Assembly (NCBI GenBank): GCA_038087875.1
Contig: CM075989.1
Span: 4,650,001-4,714,000, forward strand
Source of the DNA: Malacoraja senta
Lineage: Eukaryota
Direction: 5' to 3'
Length of the DNA stretch: 64,000 nt
The translations under genes were made by a program, and so were the position numbers. Numbering within the stretch: position 1 is the stretch's first letter; each line of letters starts with the position of its first letter. The notes beneath the pieces are model-generated. The model worked only from the letters and a program-made list of their open reading frames with translations. It searched no databases and was not told the origin of the DNA. Shown in pieces: positions 62,465 to 64,000 of this stretch.

Positions 62465-62662
62465 TGTGATGCACATGTAATATAAATGCCAGTGCCCCTT
62501 GAGGCCAAAAGCAGAAGCTGGCAAATGTGCCTGTGCCTTGCGACTGAGGTCAGGTGACCTTCTAGAAGTTTCCGATGGTTGTTCAGATTAAATCTTTCTT
62601 ACAAGATGGCGGACGTGTATTCATTGTGCTAGTCACTACAGGGTCTTACAGCGGACATTACA
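62465..62662 (+). repeat. Extra Gypsy LTR copy inside the integrase region
   Basis: Closely similar to 56424-56623. Followed by ATCCC. Confidence 0.92.
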
Positions 62663-64000
62663 ATCCCCTTATATTTCAGCGTAGGCAAGTTAGGCCAAAG
62701 GGCTAACCAATCGTACCACTGTACGATTACGACTCTATCTATGACTCTATGCATATGGGCCAATTACAGGCAGGTAGGACTAGTGCAGATGGGGCATACA
62801 TAGATACATAGAAAATAGGTGCAGGAGTAGGCCATTCGGCCCTTCGAGCCTGCACCGCCATTCAATATGATCATGGCTGATCATCCAACTCAGTATCCCG
62901 TACCTGCCTTCTCTCCATACCCCCTGATCCCTTTTGCCACAAAGGCCACATCTAACTCCCTCTTAAATATAGCCAATGAACTGGTCTCAACTACCTTCTG
63001 TGGCAGACAATTCCAGAGATTCACCACTCTCTGTGTGAAAAATGTTTTCCTCTAATGTTTTTCGCAAGTTCCAGCATGTCCGGGAATTTGCACATGTCAC
63101 CTCGTCCCATATATCCACAGAGCAACAGGCAGATAGAGCGCTGTGTGCAAACTATAAAAAGTATCATGAGGAAAGCCAAACGCAGCGGTCGTGACCCGAT
63201 GTACGCCATCCTCGAATACTGCAACCCCCCTTGATGGGACAGGCGGCTATGCCCCCTCACAGTTACTGAACAGTAGACTGTTAAGAAGCAAATTGCCATC
63301 GCCTCTATCACTCTTACTGCCTCATCATGTCCCTCCCATGACCACAACTGGCCATCCGACAAGAAAAACAGGCAGCATACTTCAATGAGAAGGCAAGCGC
63401 CGAGCCGCTGCCGCACCTGGAACAACAACAAAAGGTGTGGTTTCGTGCAAACCAACCGAGTGGCAACTTGGCCAGATTGCAAGAGAAAACCTGTTCACTC
63501 GGAGCTACGTCATCTCTACACCGAGCGGTACTGAGTTCCGCAGAAACAGGAAGGACATACGACCTGCGCACGAAGCAGCCGAGTCATGCCCTGGCAACAC
63601 GCAGCAGACAAGTGCGAACACTCTCCCACAAGGAGGAACCCCTCTCCCAGAAGGAGCTAGTCTCCCAGACTCAAGAGAACTGTCACAGGCCGCATCACCA
63701 GGTTCTGTGGTGGGGGAACCGGCTCGAAGTGTGCCAAGCCACACACAACAGAAATACGACACAGAACGAGGTGGAAATATGACTTGCACGAGAAGTGGGT
63801 GATGTTCAAAACCCCCAACTCGACTTGTCATGTAAAATAGTTGGACAATTATTTTATAGTTTTGTAGTATGAAGAGCACTGTGTTATTTGTGGTACTTTA
63901 TCCACATTAAATAGATTAAAGGTTCAAGTTATTAGTTTTGACCAACATTGAAGGGGGAGATGTGATGTAATTAAAGTGAAGGGGGAGATGTGATGCACAT

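Larger units (their letters stand above)
56424..64000 (+). mobile_element. Ty3/Gypsy LTR retrotransposon, disrupted
   Basis: 200-bp 5' LTR at 56424-56623, PBS TGGTGTCAGAA, gag from 56634, protease FKLHSGAQV, RT CLDPRDLN and VVDDIL, integrase H..H..C..C and VVDYYSK, PPT GAAGGGGGAGA, and 3' LTR starting at 63989. Confidence 0.92.

Overview
Vertebrate genomic DNA, most likely a cartilaginous fish such as a skate or ray. This is inferred from HE1/V-SINE-like SINEs, CR1 tails and the repeat repertoire, not proven. The only host gene is an Rh-family ammonium transporter, RHCG-like, on the minus strand. Coding exons 1-5 are at 27393-27210, 6792-6600, 2874-2724, 1259-1118 and 332-166, all GT-AG and in frame, and the gene runs off the left edge. 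Almost everything else is nested mobile DNA. There are four endogenous retroviruses: an old pol relic; a young gag-less provirus with a tRNA-Pro PBS, an internal inverted duplication and a nearly intact env; an env-less and protease-less ERV with a probable 2H-phosphoesterase remnant; and a collapsed IN-env-LTR provirus. There are also L1, CR1, L2, Rex1/Babar and RTE-type LINEs, a DIRS-type element, a Gypsy element with a displaced copy of its 3' LTR, a probable non-autonomous Helitron, MITEs, and many Penelope-derived short repeats carrying a minimal hammerhead-ribozyme motif, often as fold-back dimers. I found no novel host protein system. The most interesting signals are the dispersed ribozyme-bearing repeats, the reverse-transcription scars in the intronic provirus, and the retroviral 2H-domain remnant. 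All calls are by eye, with no database searches.
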